Of a stretch of DNA of 64,000 nt, positions 11,314-26,300 are shown one piece after another. Within the stretch, counting starts at the first letter, position 1, and the number at the start of each line of letters is the position of its first letter. The DNA lies in NCBI GenBank assembly GCA_964016885.1, contig OZ024747.1:72478001-72542000 (forward strand), given 5' to 3'. The notes under the pieces were generated by a model. That model ran no database searches, had not been told where the DNA came from, and saw nothing but the letters and a program-made list of their open reading frames with translations. Source of the stretch: Eledone cirrhosa. Its lineage: Eukaryota. Position numbers and translations under genes: made by a program.

Positions 11314-14300
11314 AATATAGAGACACCTTCAAAAGAGACGACAATATAAACACCTTCAAATGAGACGATAATGTAGAGACACATTCATAAGAGACGACAA
11401 TGTAGAGACACATTCAAAAGAGACGACAATATAGAGACATTCAAAAGAGACGACGATGTAGAGACACATTCAAAAGAGACGACAATGTAGAGACATTCAA
11501 AAGAGACGACAATATAGAGACACATTAAAAAGAGACGACAATGTAGAGACATTCAAAAGAGACGACAATGTAGAGACACATTCAAAAGAGACGACAATGT
11601 AGAGACATTCAAAAGAGACGACAATGTAGAGACATTCAAAAGAGACGACAATGTAGGGACACATTCAAAAGAGACGACAATGTAGAGACATTCAAAAGAG
11701 ACGACAATGTAGAGACATTCAAAAGAGACGACAATGTAGAGACACATTCAAAAGAGACGACAATGTAGAGACATTCAAAAGAGACGACAATATAGAGACA
11801 CATTCAAAAGAGACGACAATGTAGAGACATTCAAAAGAGACGACAATGTAGAGACATTCAAAAGAGACGACAATGTAGAGACATTCAAAAGAGACGACAA
11901 TGTAGAAACACATTCAAAAGAGACGACAATGTAGAGAAACATTCAAAAGAGACGACAATGTAGAGACATTCAAAAGAGACGACAATGTAGAAACATTCAA
12001 AAGAGACGACAATGTAGAGACACATTCAAAAGAGACGACAATATAGAGACATTCAAAAGAGACGACGATGTAGAGACACATTCAAAAGAGACGACAATGT
12101 AGAAACATTCAAAAGAGACGACAATGTAGAGACATTCAAAAGAGACGACAATGTAGAGACACATTCAAAAGAGACGACAATGTAGAGACATTCAAAAGAG
12201 ACGACAATATGGAGACACATTCAAGAGAGACGACAATGTAGAGACATTCAAAAGAGAGGACAATATAGAGACACATTCAAAAGAGACGACAATGTAGAGA
12301 CATTCAAAAGAGACGACAATGTAGAGACATTCAAAAGAGACGACAATGTAGAAACACATTCAAAAGAGACGACAATGTAGAGACACATTCAAAAGAGACG
12401 ACAATGTAGAGACATTCAAAAGAGACGACAATGTAGAGACATTCAAAAGAGACGACAATGTAGAGACATTCAAAAGAGACGACAATGTAGAAACATTCAA
12501 AAGAGACGACAATATAGAGACATTCAAAAGATACGACGATGTAGAGACACATTCAAAAGAGACGACAATATAGAGACATTCAAAAGAGACGACGATGTAG
12601 AGACACATTCAAAAGAGACGACAATGTAGAGACATTCAAAAGAGACGACAATGTAGAGACATTCAAAAGAGACGACAATGTAGAGACATTCAAAAGAGAC
12701 GACAATGTAGAGACACATTCAAAAGAGACGACAATGTAGAGACATTCAAAAGAGACGACAATATAGAGACATTCAAAAGAGACGACAATATAGAGACATT
12801 CAAAAGAGACGACAATGTAGAGACACATTCAAAAGAGACGACAATATAGAGACATTCAAAAGAGACGACAATGTAGAGACACATTCAAAAGAGACGACAA
12901 TATAGAGGCATTCAAAAGAGACGACAATATAGAGACATTCAAAAGAGACGACAATGTAGAGACACATTCAAAAGAGACGACAATATAGAGACATTCAAAA
13001 GAGACGACAATATAGAGACATTCAAAAGAGACGACAATGTAGAGACACATTCAAAAGAGACGACAATGTAGAGACATTCAAAAGAGACGACAATGTAGAG
13101 ACACATTCAAAAGAGACGACAATGTAGAGACACATTGAAAAAAGACGACAATGTAGAAATATTCAAAAGAGACGACAATGTAGAGACACATTCAAAAGAG
13201 ACGACAATATAGAGACGTTCAAAAGAGACGACAATATAGAGACATTCAAAAGAGACGACAATGTAGAGATATTCAAAAGAGACGACAATGTAGAGACACA
13301 TTCAAAAGAGAAGACAATGTAGAGACATTCAAAAGAGACGACAATGTAGAGACACATTCAAAAGAGACGACAATGTAGAGACATTCAAAAGAGACGACAA
13401 TATAGAGACACATTCAAAAGAGACGACAATGTAGAGACATTCAAAAGAGACGACAATGTAGAGACATTCAAAAGAGACGACAATGTAGAGACATTCAAAA
13501 GAGACGACAATGTAGAAACACATTCAAAAGAGACGACAATGTAGAGACACATTCAAAAGAGACGACAATGTAGAGACATTCAAAAGAGACGACAATGTAG
13601 AGACACATTTAAAAGAGACGACAATGTAGAAACATACAAAAGAGACGACAATGTAGAGACACATTCAAAAGAGACGACAATATAGAGACATTCAAAAGAG
13701 ACGACAATATAGAGACACATTAAAAAGAGACGACAATGTAGAGACATTCAAAAGAGACGACAATGTAGAGACACATTCAAAAGAGACGACAATGTAGAGA
13801 CATTCAAAAGAGACGACAATGTAGAGACATTCAAAAGAGACGACAATGTAGAGACACATTCAAAAGAGACGACAATGTAGAGACACATTCAAAAGAGAAG
13901 ACAATGTAGAGACATTCAAAAGAGACGACAATGTAGAGACACATTCAAAAGAGACGACAATGTAGAGACATTCAAAAGAGACGACAATATAGAGACACAT
14001 TCAAAAGAGACGACAATGTAGAGACATTCAAAAGAGACGACAATGTAGAGACACATTCAAAAGAGACGACAATGTAGAAACACATTCAAAAGAGACGACA
14101 ATGTAGAGACACATTCAAAAGAGACGACAATGTAGAGACATTCAAAAGAGACGACAATGTAGAGACATTCAAAAGAGACGACAATGTAGAGACACATTCA
14201 AAAAAGACGACAATGTAGAGACATTCAAAAGAGACGACAATATAGAGACATTCAAAAGAGACGACAATATAGAGACATTCAAAAGAGACGACAATGTAGA

Positions 14301-17300
14301 GACACATTCAAAAGAGACGACAATATAGAGACATTCAAAAGAGACGACAATGTAGAGACACATTCAAAAGAGACGACAATATAGAGGCATTCAAAAGAGA
14401 CGACAATATAGAGACATTCAAAAGAGACGACAATGTAGAGACACATTCAAAAGAGACGACAATATAGAGACATTCAAAAGAGACGACAATATAGAGACAT
14501 TCAAAAGAGACGACAATGTAGAGACACATTCAAAAGAGACGACAATGTAGAGACATTCAAAAGAGACGACAATGTAGAGACACATTCAAAAGAGACGACA
14601 ATGTAGAGACACATTGAAAAAAGACGACAATGTAGAAATATTCAAAAGAGACGACAATGTAGAGACACATTCAAAAGAGACGACAATATAGAGACGTTCA
14701 AAAGAGACGACAATATAGAGACATTCAAAAGAGACGACAATGTAGAGATATTCAAAAGAGACGACAATGTAGAGACACATTCAAAAGAGAAGACAATGTA
14801 GAGACATTCAAAAGAGACGACAATGTAGAGACACATTCAAAAGAGACGACAATGTAGAGACATTCAAAAGAGACGACAATATAGAGACACATTCAAAAGA
14901 GACGACAATGTAGAGACATTCAAAAGAGACGACAATGTAGAGACATTCAAAAGAGACGACAATGTAGAGACATTCAAAAGAGACGACAATGTAGAAACAC
15001 ATTCAAAAGAGACGACAATGTAGAGACACATTCAAAAGAGACGACAATGTAGAGACATTCAAAAGAGACGACAATGTAGAGACACATTTAAAAGAGACGA
15101 CAATGTAGAAACATTCAAAAGAGACGACAATGTAGAGACACATTCAAAAGAGACGACAATATAGAGACATTCAAAAGAGACGACAATATAGAGACACATT
15201 AAAAAGAGACGACAATGTAGAGACATTCAAAAGAGACGACAATGTAGAGACACATTCAAAAGAGACGACAATGTAGAGACATTCAAAAGAGACGACAATG
15301 TAGAGACATTCAAAAGAGACGACAATGTAGAGACACATTCAAAAGAGACGACAATGTAGAGACACATTCAAAAGAGAAGACAATGTAGAGACATTCAAAA
15401 GAGACGACAATGTAGAGACACATTCAAAAGAGACGACAATGTAGAGACATTCAAAAGAGACGACAATATAGAGACACATTCAAAAGAGACGACAATGTAG
15501 AGACATTCAAAAGAGACGACAATGTAGAGACACATTCAAAAGAGACGACAATGTAGAAACACATTCAAAAGAGACGACAATGTAGAGACACATTCAAAAG
15601 AGACGACAATGTAGAGACATTCAAAAGAGACGACAATGTAGAGACATTCAAAAGAGACGACAATGTAGAGACATTCAAAAGAGACGGCAATTTAGAAACA
15701 TTCAAAAGAGACGACAATGTAGAGACACATTCAAAAGAGACGACAATATAGAGATATTCAAAAGAGACGACGATGTAGAGACACATTCAAAAGAGATGAC
15801 AATGTAGAGACATTCAAAAGAGACGACAACGTAGAGACATTCAAAAGAGACGACAATGTAGAGACACATTCAAAAGAGACGACAATGTAGAGACATTCAA
15901 AAGAGACGACAATATAGAGACACATTCAAAAGAGACAACAATGTAGAGACATTCAAAAGAGACGACAATATAGAGACACATTCAAAAGAGACGACAATGC
16001 AGAGACATTCAAAAGAGACGACAATGTAGACACTCAAAAGAGACGACAATGTAGAAACACATTCAAAAGAGAGGACAATGTAGAGACACATTCAAAAGAG
16101 ACGACAATGTAGAGACATGCAAAAGAGACGACAATGTAGAGACATTCAAAAGAGACGACAATGTAGAGACATTCAAAAGAGACGACAATGTAGAAACATT
16201 CAAAAGAGACGACAATGTAGAGACACATTCAAAAGAGACGACAATATAGAGACATTCAAAAGAGACGACGATGTAGAGACACATTCAAAAGAGACGACAA
16301 TGTAGAGACATTCAAAAGAGACGGCAATGTAGAGACATTCAAAAGAGACGACAATGTAGAGACATTCAAAAGAGACGACAATGTAGAGACACATTCAAAA
16401 GAGACGACAATGTAGAGACATTCAAAAGAGACGACAATGTAGAGACACATTCAAAAGAGACGACAATGTAGAGAAATTCAAAAGAGACGACAATATAGAG
16501 ACACATTCAAAAGAGACGACAATATAGAGACATTAAAAAGAGACGACAATGTAGAGACACATTCAAAAGAGACGACAATATAGAGACATTCAAAAGAGAC
16601 GACAATATAGAGACATTCGAAAGAGACGACAATGTAGAGACACATTCAAAAGAGACGACAATATAGAGACATTCAAAAGAGACGACAATATAGAGACATT
16701 CAAAAGAGACGACAATGTAGAGACACATTCAAAAGAGACGACGATGTAGAGACATTCAAAAGAGACGACAATGTAGAGACACATTCAAAAGAGACGACAA
16801 TGTAGAGAAATTCAAAAGAGACGACAATATAGAGACACATTCAAAAGAGACGACAATATAGAGACATTCAAAAGAGACGACAATGTAGAGACACATTCAA
16901 AAGAGACGACAATATAGAGACATTCAAAAGAGACGACAATACAGAGACATTCGAAAGAGTCGACAATGTAGAGACACATTCAAAAGAGACGACAATATAG
17001 AGACATTCAAAAGAGACGACAATGTAGAGACATTCAAAAGAGACGACAATGTAGAGACACATTCAAAAGAGAAGACAATGTAGAGACATTCAAAAGAGAC
17101 GACAATGTAGAGACACATTCAAAAGAGACGACAATGTAGAGACATTCAAAAGAGACGACAATATAGAGACACATTCAAAAGAGACGACTATGTAGAGACA
17201 TTCAAAAGAGACGACAATGTAGAGACATTCAAAAGAGACGACAATGTAGAGACATTCAAAAGAGACGACAATGTAGAAACACATTCAAAAGAGACGACAA

Positions 17301-20300
17301 TGTACAGACACATTCAAAAGAGACGACAATGTAGAGACATTCAAAAGAGACGACAATGTAGAGACATTCAAAAGAGACGACAATGTAGAAACATTCAAAA
17401 GAGACGACAATGTAGAGACACATTCAAAAGAGACGACAATATAGAGACATTCAAAAGAGACGACGATGTAGAGACACATTTAAAAGAGACGACAATATAG
17501 AGACATTCAAAAGAGACGACAATGTAGAGACATTCAAAAGAGACGACAATGTAGAGACACATTCAAAAGAGACGACAATGTAGAGACGTTCAATAGAGAC
17601 GACAATATAGAGACACATTCAAAAGAGACGACAATGTAGAGACATTCAAAAGAGACGACAATATAGAGACACATTCAAAAGAGACGACAATGTAGAGACA
17701 TTCAAAAGAGACGACAATGTAGAGACATTCAAAAGAGACGACAATGTAGAAACACATTCAAAAGAGACGACAATGTAGAGACACATTCAAAAGAGACGAC
17801 AATGTAGAGACATTCAAAAGAGACGACAATGTAGAGACATTCAAAAGAGACGACAATGTAGAGACATTCAAAAGAGACGACAATGTAGAAACATTCAAAA
17901 GAGACGACAATGTAGAGACACATTCAAAAGAGACGACAATATAGAGACATTCAAAAGAGACGACGATGTAGAGACACATTCAAAAGAGACGACAATGTAG
18001 AGACATTCAAAAGAGACGACAATGTAGAGACATTCAAAAGAGACGACAATGTAGAGACACATTCAAAAGAGACGACAATGTAGAGACATTCAAAAGAGAC
18101 GACAATGTAGAGACACATTCAAAAGAGACGACAATGTAGAGACATTCAAAAGAGATGACAATGTAGAGACATTCAAAAGAGACGACAATATAGGGACACA
18201 TTCAATAGAGACGACAATGTAGAGACATTCAAAAGAGACGACAATATAGAGACACATTCAAAAGAGACGACAATATAGAGACATTCAAAAGAGACGACAA
18301 TATAGAGACATTCAAAAGAGACGACAATGTAGAGACACATTCAAAAGAGACGACGATGTAGAGACATTCAAAAGAGACGACAATGTAGAGACACGTTCAA
18401 AAGAGACGACAATGTAGAGACACATTCAAAAGAGACGACAATGTAGAAACATTCAAAAGAGACAACAATGTAGAGACAAATTCAAAAGAGACGACAATAT
18501 AGAGACATTCAAAAGAGACGACAATATAGAGACATTCAAAAGAGACGACAATGTAGAAACACATTCAAAAGAGACGACAATGTAGAGACATTCAAAAGAG
18601 ACGACAATGTAGAGACACATTCAAAAGAGACGATAATGTACAGACACATTCAAAAGAGATGACAATGTAGAGACACATTCAAAAGAGACGACAATGTAGA
18701 GACATTCAAAAGAGACGATAATGTAGAGACACATTCAAAAGAGACGACAATGTAGAGACACATTCAAAAGAGACGACAATGTAGAGACACATTCAAAAGA
18801 GCGACAATGTAGAGACGTTCAAAAGAGACGACAATGTAGAGACACATTCAAAAGAGACGACAATGTAGAGACATTCAAAAGAGACGACAATGTAGAGACA
18901 CATTCAAAAGAGACGACAATGTAGAGACACATTCAAAAGAGACGACAATATAGAGACATTCAAAAGAGACGACAATATAGAGACATTCAAAAGAGACCAC
19001 AATGTAGAAACACATTCAAAAGAGACGACAATGTAGAGACATTCAAAAGAGACGACAATGTAGAGACACATTCAAAAGAGACGACAATGTAGAGACATTC
19101 AAAAGAGACGACAATGTAGAGACACATTCAAAAGAGACGACAATATAGAGACATTCAAAAGAGACAACAATATAGAGACATTCAAAAGAGACGACAAAGT
19201 AGAGACACATTCAAAAGAGCCGACGATGTAGAGACATTCAAAAGAGACTACAATGTAGAGACACATTCAAAAGAGACGACAATATAGAGACATTCAAAAG
19301 AGACGACAATGTAGAGACATTCAAAAGAGACGACAATATAGAGACATTCAAAAGAGACGACAATGTAGAAACACATTCAAAAGAGACGACAATGTAGAGA
19401 CATTCTAAAGAGACGACAATGTAGAGACATTCAAAAGAGACGACAATGTAGAGACATTCAAAAGAGACGACAATGTAGAGACACATTCAAAAGAGACGAC
19501 AATATAGAGACATTCAAAAGAGACGATAATATAGAGACACATTAAAAAGAGACGACAATGTAGAGACACATTCAAAAGAGACGACAATATAGAGACATTC
19601 AAAAGAGACGACAATGTAGAGACATTCAAAAGAGACGACAATGTAGAAACATTCAAAAGAGACGACAATGTAGAGACACATTCAAAAGAGACGACAATAT
19701 AGAGACATTCAAAAGAGACGACGATGTAGAGACACATTCAAAAGAGACGACAATATAGAGACATTCAAAAGAGACGACAATGTAGAGACATTCAAAAGAG
19801 ACGACAATGTAGAGACACATTCAAAAGAGACGACAATATAGAGACACATTAAAAAGAGACGACAATGTAGAGACATTCAAAAGAGACGACAATGTAGAGA
19901 CATTCAAAAGAGACGACAATGTAGAGACACATTCAAAAGAGACGACAATGTAGAGACATTCAAAAGAGATGACAATGTAGAGACATTCAAAAGAGACGAC
20001 AATATAGGGACACATTCAATAGAGACGACAATGTAGAGACATTCAAAAGAGACGACAATATAGAGACACATTCAATAGAGACGACAATATAGAGACACAT
20101 TCAAAAGAGACGACAATGTAGAGACATTCAAAAGAGACGACAATGTAGAGACATTCAAAAGAGACGACAATGTAGAGACATTCAAAAGAGACGACAATGT
20201 AGAAACATTCAAAAGAGACGACAATGTAGAGACACATTCAAAAGAGACGACAATGTAGAGACATTCAAAAGAGACGACAATGTAGAGACATTCAAAAGAG

Positions 20301-23300
20301 ACGACAATGTAGAAACACATTCAAAAGAGACGACAATGTAGAGACACATTCAAAAGAGACGACAATGTAGAGACATTCAAAAGAGACGACAATGTAGAGA
20401 CATTCAAAAGAGACGACAATGTAGAGACATTCAAAAGAGACGACAATGTAGAAACATTCAAAAGAGACGACAATGTAGAGACACATTCAAAAGAGACGAC
20501 AATATAGAGACATTCAAAAGAGACGACGATGTAGAGACACATTCAAAAGAGACGACAATGTAGAGACATTCAAAAGAGACGACAATGTAGAGACATTCAA
20601 AAGAGACGACAATGTAGAGACACATTCAAAAGAGACGACAATGTAGAGACATTCAAAAGAGACGACAATGTAGAGACACATTCAAAAGAGACGACAATGT
20701 AGAGACATTCAAAAGAGATGACAATGTAGAGACATTCAAAAGAGACGACAATATAGGGACACATTCAATAGAGACGACAATGTAGAGACATTCAAAAGAG
20801 ACGACAATATAGAGACACATTCAAAAGAGACGACAATATAGAGACATTCAAAAGAGACGACAATATAGAGACATTCAAAAGAGACGACAATGTAGAGACA
20901 CATTCAAAAGAGACGACGATGTAGAGACATTCAAAAGAGACGACAATGTAGAGACACGTTCAAAAGAGACGACAATGTAGAGACACATTCAAAAGAGACG
21001 ACAATGTAGAAACATTCAAAAGAGACGACAATGTAGAGACACATTCAAAAGAGACGACAATATAGAGACATTCAAAAGAGACGACAATATAGAGACATTC
21101 AAAAGAGACGACAATGTAGAAACACATTCAAAAGAGACGACAATGTAGAGACATTCAAAAGAGACGACAATGTAGAGACACATTCAAAAGAGACGACAAT
21201 GTACAGACACATTCAAAAGAGATGACAATGTAGAGACACATTCAAAAGAGACGACAATGTAGAGACATTCAAAAGAGACGATAATGTAGAGACACATTCA
21301 AAAGAGACGACAATGTAGAGACACATTCAAAAGAGACGACAATGTAGAGACACATTCAAAAGAGCGACAATGTAGAGACGTTCAAAAGAGACGACAATGT
21401 AGAGACACATTCAAAAGAGACGACAATGTAGAGACACATTCAAAAGAGACGACAATATAGAGACATTCAAAAGAGACGACAATATAGAGACATTCAAAAG
21501 AGACGACAATGTAGAAACACATTCAAAAGAGACGACAATGTAGAGACATTCAAAAGAGACGACAATGTAGAGACACATTCAAAAGAGACGACAATGTAGA
21601 GACATTCAAAAGAGACGACAATGTAGAGACACATTCAAAAGAGACGACAATATAGAGACATTCAAAAGAGACGACAATATAGAGACATTCAAAAGAGACG
21701 ACAAAGTAGAGACACATTCAAAAGAGCCGACGATGTAGAGACATTCAAAAGAGACTACAATGTAGAGACACATTCAAAAGAGACGACAATGTAGAGACAC
21801 ATTCAAAAGAGACGACAATGTAGAGACATTCAAAAGAGACGATAATGTAGAGACACATTCAAAAGAGACGACAATGTAGAGACACATTCAAAAGAGACGA
21901 CAATGTAGAGACACATTCAAAAGAGCGACAATGTAGAGACGTTCAAAAGAGACGACAATGTAGAGACACATTCAAAAGAGACGACAATGTAGAGACACAT
22001 TCAAAAGAGACGACAATATAGAGACATTCTAAAGAGACGACAATGTAGAGACATTCAAAAGAGACGACAATGTAGAGACATTCAAAAGAGACGACAATGT
22101 AGAGACACATTCAAAAGAGACGACAATATAGAGACATTCAAAAGAGACGATAATATAGAGACACATTAAAAAGAGACGACAATGTAGAGACACATTCAAA
22201 AGAGACGACAATATAGAGACATTCAAAAGAGACGACAATATAGAGACACATTAAAAAGAGACGACAATGTAGAGACATTCAAAAGAGACGACAATGTAGA
22301 GACATTCAAAAGAGACGACAATGTAGAGACACATTCAAAAGAGAGGAAAATATAGAGACATTCAAAAGAGACGACGATGTAGAGACACATTCAAAAGAGA
22401 CGACAATATAGAGACACATTCAAAAGAGACGACAATGTAGAGACATTCAAAAGAGACGACAATATAGAGACACATTCAAAAGAGACGACAATGTAGAGAC
22501 ATTCAAAAGAGACGACAATGTAGAGACACATTCAAAAGAGACGACAATGTAGAGACATTCAAAAGAGACGACAATGTAGAGACATTCAAAAGAGACGACA
22601 ATGTAGAGACACATTCAAAAGAGACGACAATGTAGAGACATTCTAAAGAGACGACAATGTAGAGACATTCAAAAGAGACGACAATGTAGAAACATTCAAA
22701 AGAGACGACAATGTAGAGACACATTCAAAAGAGACGACAATATAGAGACATTCAAAAGAGACGACGATGTAGAGACACATTCAAAAGAGAATACAATGTA
22801 GAGACATTCAAAAGAGACGACAATATAGAGACACATTCAAAAGAGACAACAATGTAGAGACATTCAAAAGAGACGACAATATAGAGACACATTCAAAAGA
22901 GACGACAATGTAGAGACATTCAAAAGAGACGACAATGTAGAGACACATTCAAAAGAGACGACAATGTAGAGACATTCAAAAGAGACGACAATGTAGAGAC
23001 ATTCAAAAGAGACGACAATGTAGAGACACATTCAAAAGAGAAGACAATGTAGAGACATTCAAAAGAGACGACAATGTAGAGACACATTCAAAAGAGACGA
23101 CAATGTAGAGACATTCAAAAGAGACGACAATATAGAGACACATTCAAAAGAGACGACAATGTAGAGACATTCCAAAGAGACGACAATGTAGAGACATTCA
23201 AAAGAGACGACAATGTAGAAACACATTCAAAAGAGACGACAATGTAGAGACACATTCAAAAGAGACGACAATATAGAGACATTCTAAAGAGACGACAATG

Positions 23301-26300
23301 TAGAGACATTCAAAAGAGACGACAATGTAGAGACATTCAAAAGAGACGACAATGTAGAGACACATTCAAAAGAGACGACAATATAGAGACATTCAAAAGA
23401 GACGATAATATAGAGACACATTAAAAAGAGACGACAATGTAGAGACACATTCAAAAGAGACGACAATATAGAGACATTCAAAAGAGACGACAATATAGAG
23501 ACACATTAAAAAGAGACGACAATGTAGAGACATTCAAAAGAGACGACAATGTAGAGACATTCAAAAGAGACGACAATGTAGAGACATTCAAAAGAGACGA
23601 CAATGTAGAGACACATTCAAAAGAGACGAAAATATAGAGACATTCAAAAGAGACGACGATGTAGAGACACATTCAAAAGAGACGACAATGTAGAGACATT
23701 CAAAAGAGACGACAATATAGAGACACATTCAAAAGAGACGACAATGTAGAGACATTCAAAAGAGACGACAATATAGAGACACATTCAAAAGAGACGACAA
23801 TGTAGAGACATTCAAAAGAGACGACAATGTAGAGACACATTCAAAAGAGACGACAATGTAGAGACATTCAAAAGAGACGACAATGTAGAGACATTCAAAA
23901 GAGACGACAATGTAGAGACACATTCAAAAGAGACGACAATGTAGAGACATTCTAAAGAGACGACAATGTAGAGACATTCAAAAGAGACGACAATGTAGAA
24001 ACATTCAAAAGAGACGACAATGTAGAGACACATTCAAAAGAGACGACAATATAGAGACATTCAAAAGAGACGACGATGTAGAGACACATTCAAAAGAGAC
24101 GACAATGTAGAGACATTCAAAAGAGACGACAATATAGAGACACATTCAAAAGAGACGACAATGTAGAGACATTCAAAAGAGACGACAATATAGAGACACA
24201 TTCAAAAGAGACGACAATGTAGAGACATTTAAAAGAGACGACAATGTAGAGACACATTCAAAAGAGACGACAATGTAGAGACATTCAAAAGAGACGACAA
24301 TGTAGAGACATTCAAAAGAGACGACAATGTAGAGACACATTCAAAAGAGACGACAATGTAGAGACATTCTAAAGAGACGACAATGTAGAGACATTCAAAA
24401 GAGACGACAATGTAGAGACACATTCAAAAGAGAAGACAATGTAGAGACATTCAAAAGAGACGACAATGTAGAGACACATTCAAAAGAGACGACAATGTAG
24501 AGACATTCAAAAGAGACGACAATATAGAGACACATTCAAAAGAGACGACAATGTAGAGACATTCAAAAGAGACGACAATGTAGAGACATTCAAAAGAGAC
24601 GACAATGTAGAAACACATTCAAAAGAGACGACAATGTAGAGACACATTCAAAAGAGACGACAATGTAGAGACATTCAAAAGAGACGGCAATGTAGAGACA
24701 TTCAAAAGAGACGACAATGTAGAGACATTCAAAAGAGACGACAATGTAGAGACACATTCAAAAGAGACGACAATGTAGAGACATTCAAAAGAGACGACAA
24801 TGTAGAGACACATTCAAAAGAGACGACAATGTAGAGAAATTCAAAAGAGACGACAATATAGAGACACATTCAAAAGAGACGACAATATAGAGACATTCAA
24901 AAGAGACGACAATGTAGAGACACATTCAAAAGAGACGACAATATAGAGACATTCAAAAGAGACGACAATATAGACACATTCAAAAGAGACGACGATGTAG
25001 AGACATTCAAAAGAGACGACAATGTAGAGACACGTTCAAAAGAGACGACAATGTAGAGACACATTCAAAAGAGACGACAATGTAGAAACATTCAAAAGAG
25101 ACGACAATGTAGAGACACATTCAAAAGAGACGACAATATAGAGACATTCAAAAGAGACGACAATATAGAGACATTCAAAAGAGACGACAATGTAGAAACA
25201 CATTCAAAAGAGACGACAATGTAGAGACATTCAAAAGAGACGACAATGTAGAGACACATTCAAAAGAGACGACAATGTACAGACACATTCAAAAGAGATG
25301 ACAATGTAGAGACACATTCAAAAGAGACGACAATGTAGAGACATTCAAAAGAGACGATAATGTAGAGACACATTCAAAAGAGACGACAATGTAGAGACAC
25401 ATTCAAAAGAGACGACAATGTAGAGACACATTCAAAAGAGCGACAATGTAGAGACGTTCAAAAGAGACGACAATGTAGAGACACATTCAAAAGAGACGAC
25501 AATGTAGAGACACATTCAAAAGAGACGACAATATAGAGACATTCAAAAGAGACGACAATATAGAGACATTCAAAAGAGACGACAATGTAGAAACACATTC
25601 AAAAGAGACGACAATGTAGAGACATTCAAAAGAGACGACAATGTAGAGACACATTCAAAAGAGACGAAAATATAGAGACATTCAAAAGAGACGACGATGT
25701 AGAGACACATTCAAAAGAGACGACAATGTAGAGACATTCTAAAGAGACGACAATGTAGAGACATTCAAAAGAGACGACAATGTAGAAACATTCAAAAGAG
25801 ACGACAATGTAGAGACATTCAAAAGAGACGACAATATAGAGACACATTCAAAAGAGACGACAATGTAGAGACATTCAAAAGAGACGACAATATAGAGACA
25901 CATTCAAAAGAGACGACAATGTAGAGACATTCAAAAGAGACGACAATGTAGAGACACATTCAAAAGAGACGACAATGTAGAGACATTCAAAAGAGACGAC
26001 AATGTAGAGACACATTCAAAAGAGACGACAATGTAGAGACACATTCAAAAGAGACGACAATGTAGAGACACATTCAAAAGAGCGACAATGTAGAGACGTT
26101 CAAAAGAGACGACAATGTAGAGACACATTCAAAAGAGACGACAATGTAGAGACACATTCAAAAGAGACGACAATATAGAGACATTCTAAAGAGACGACAA
26201 TGTAGAGACATTCAAAAGAGACGACAATGTAGAGACATTCAAAAGAGACGACAATGTAGAGACACATTCAAAAGAGACGACAGTATAGAGACATTCAAAA

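Noticed and set aside
11314-11500. Satellite monomer derived from the SINE B-box (TTCAAA)
   Set aside because: Only a 6-bp match; it lacks the G before TTC and the downstream CC.
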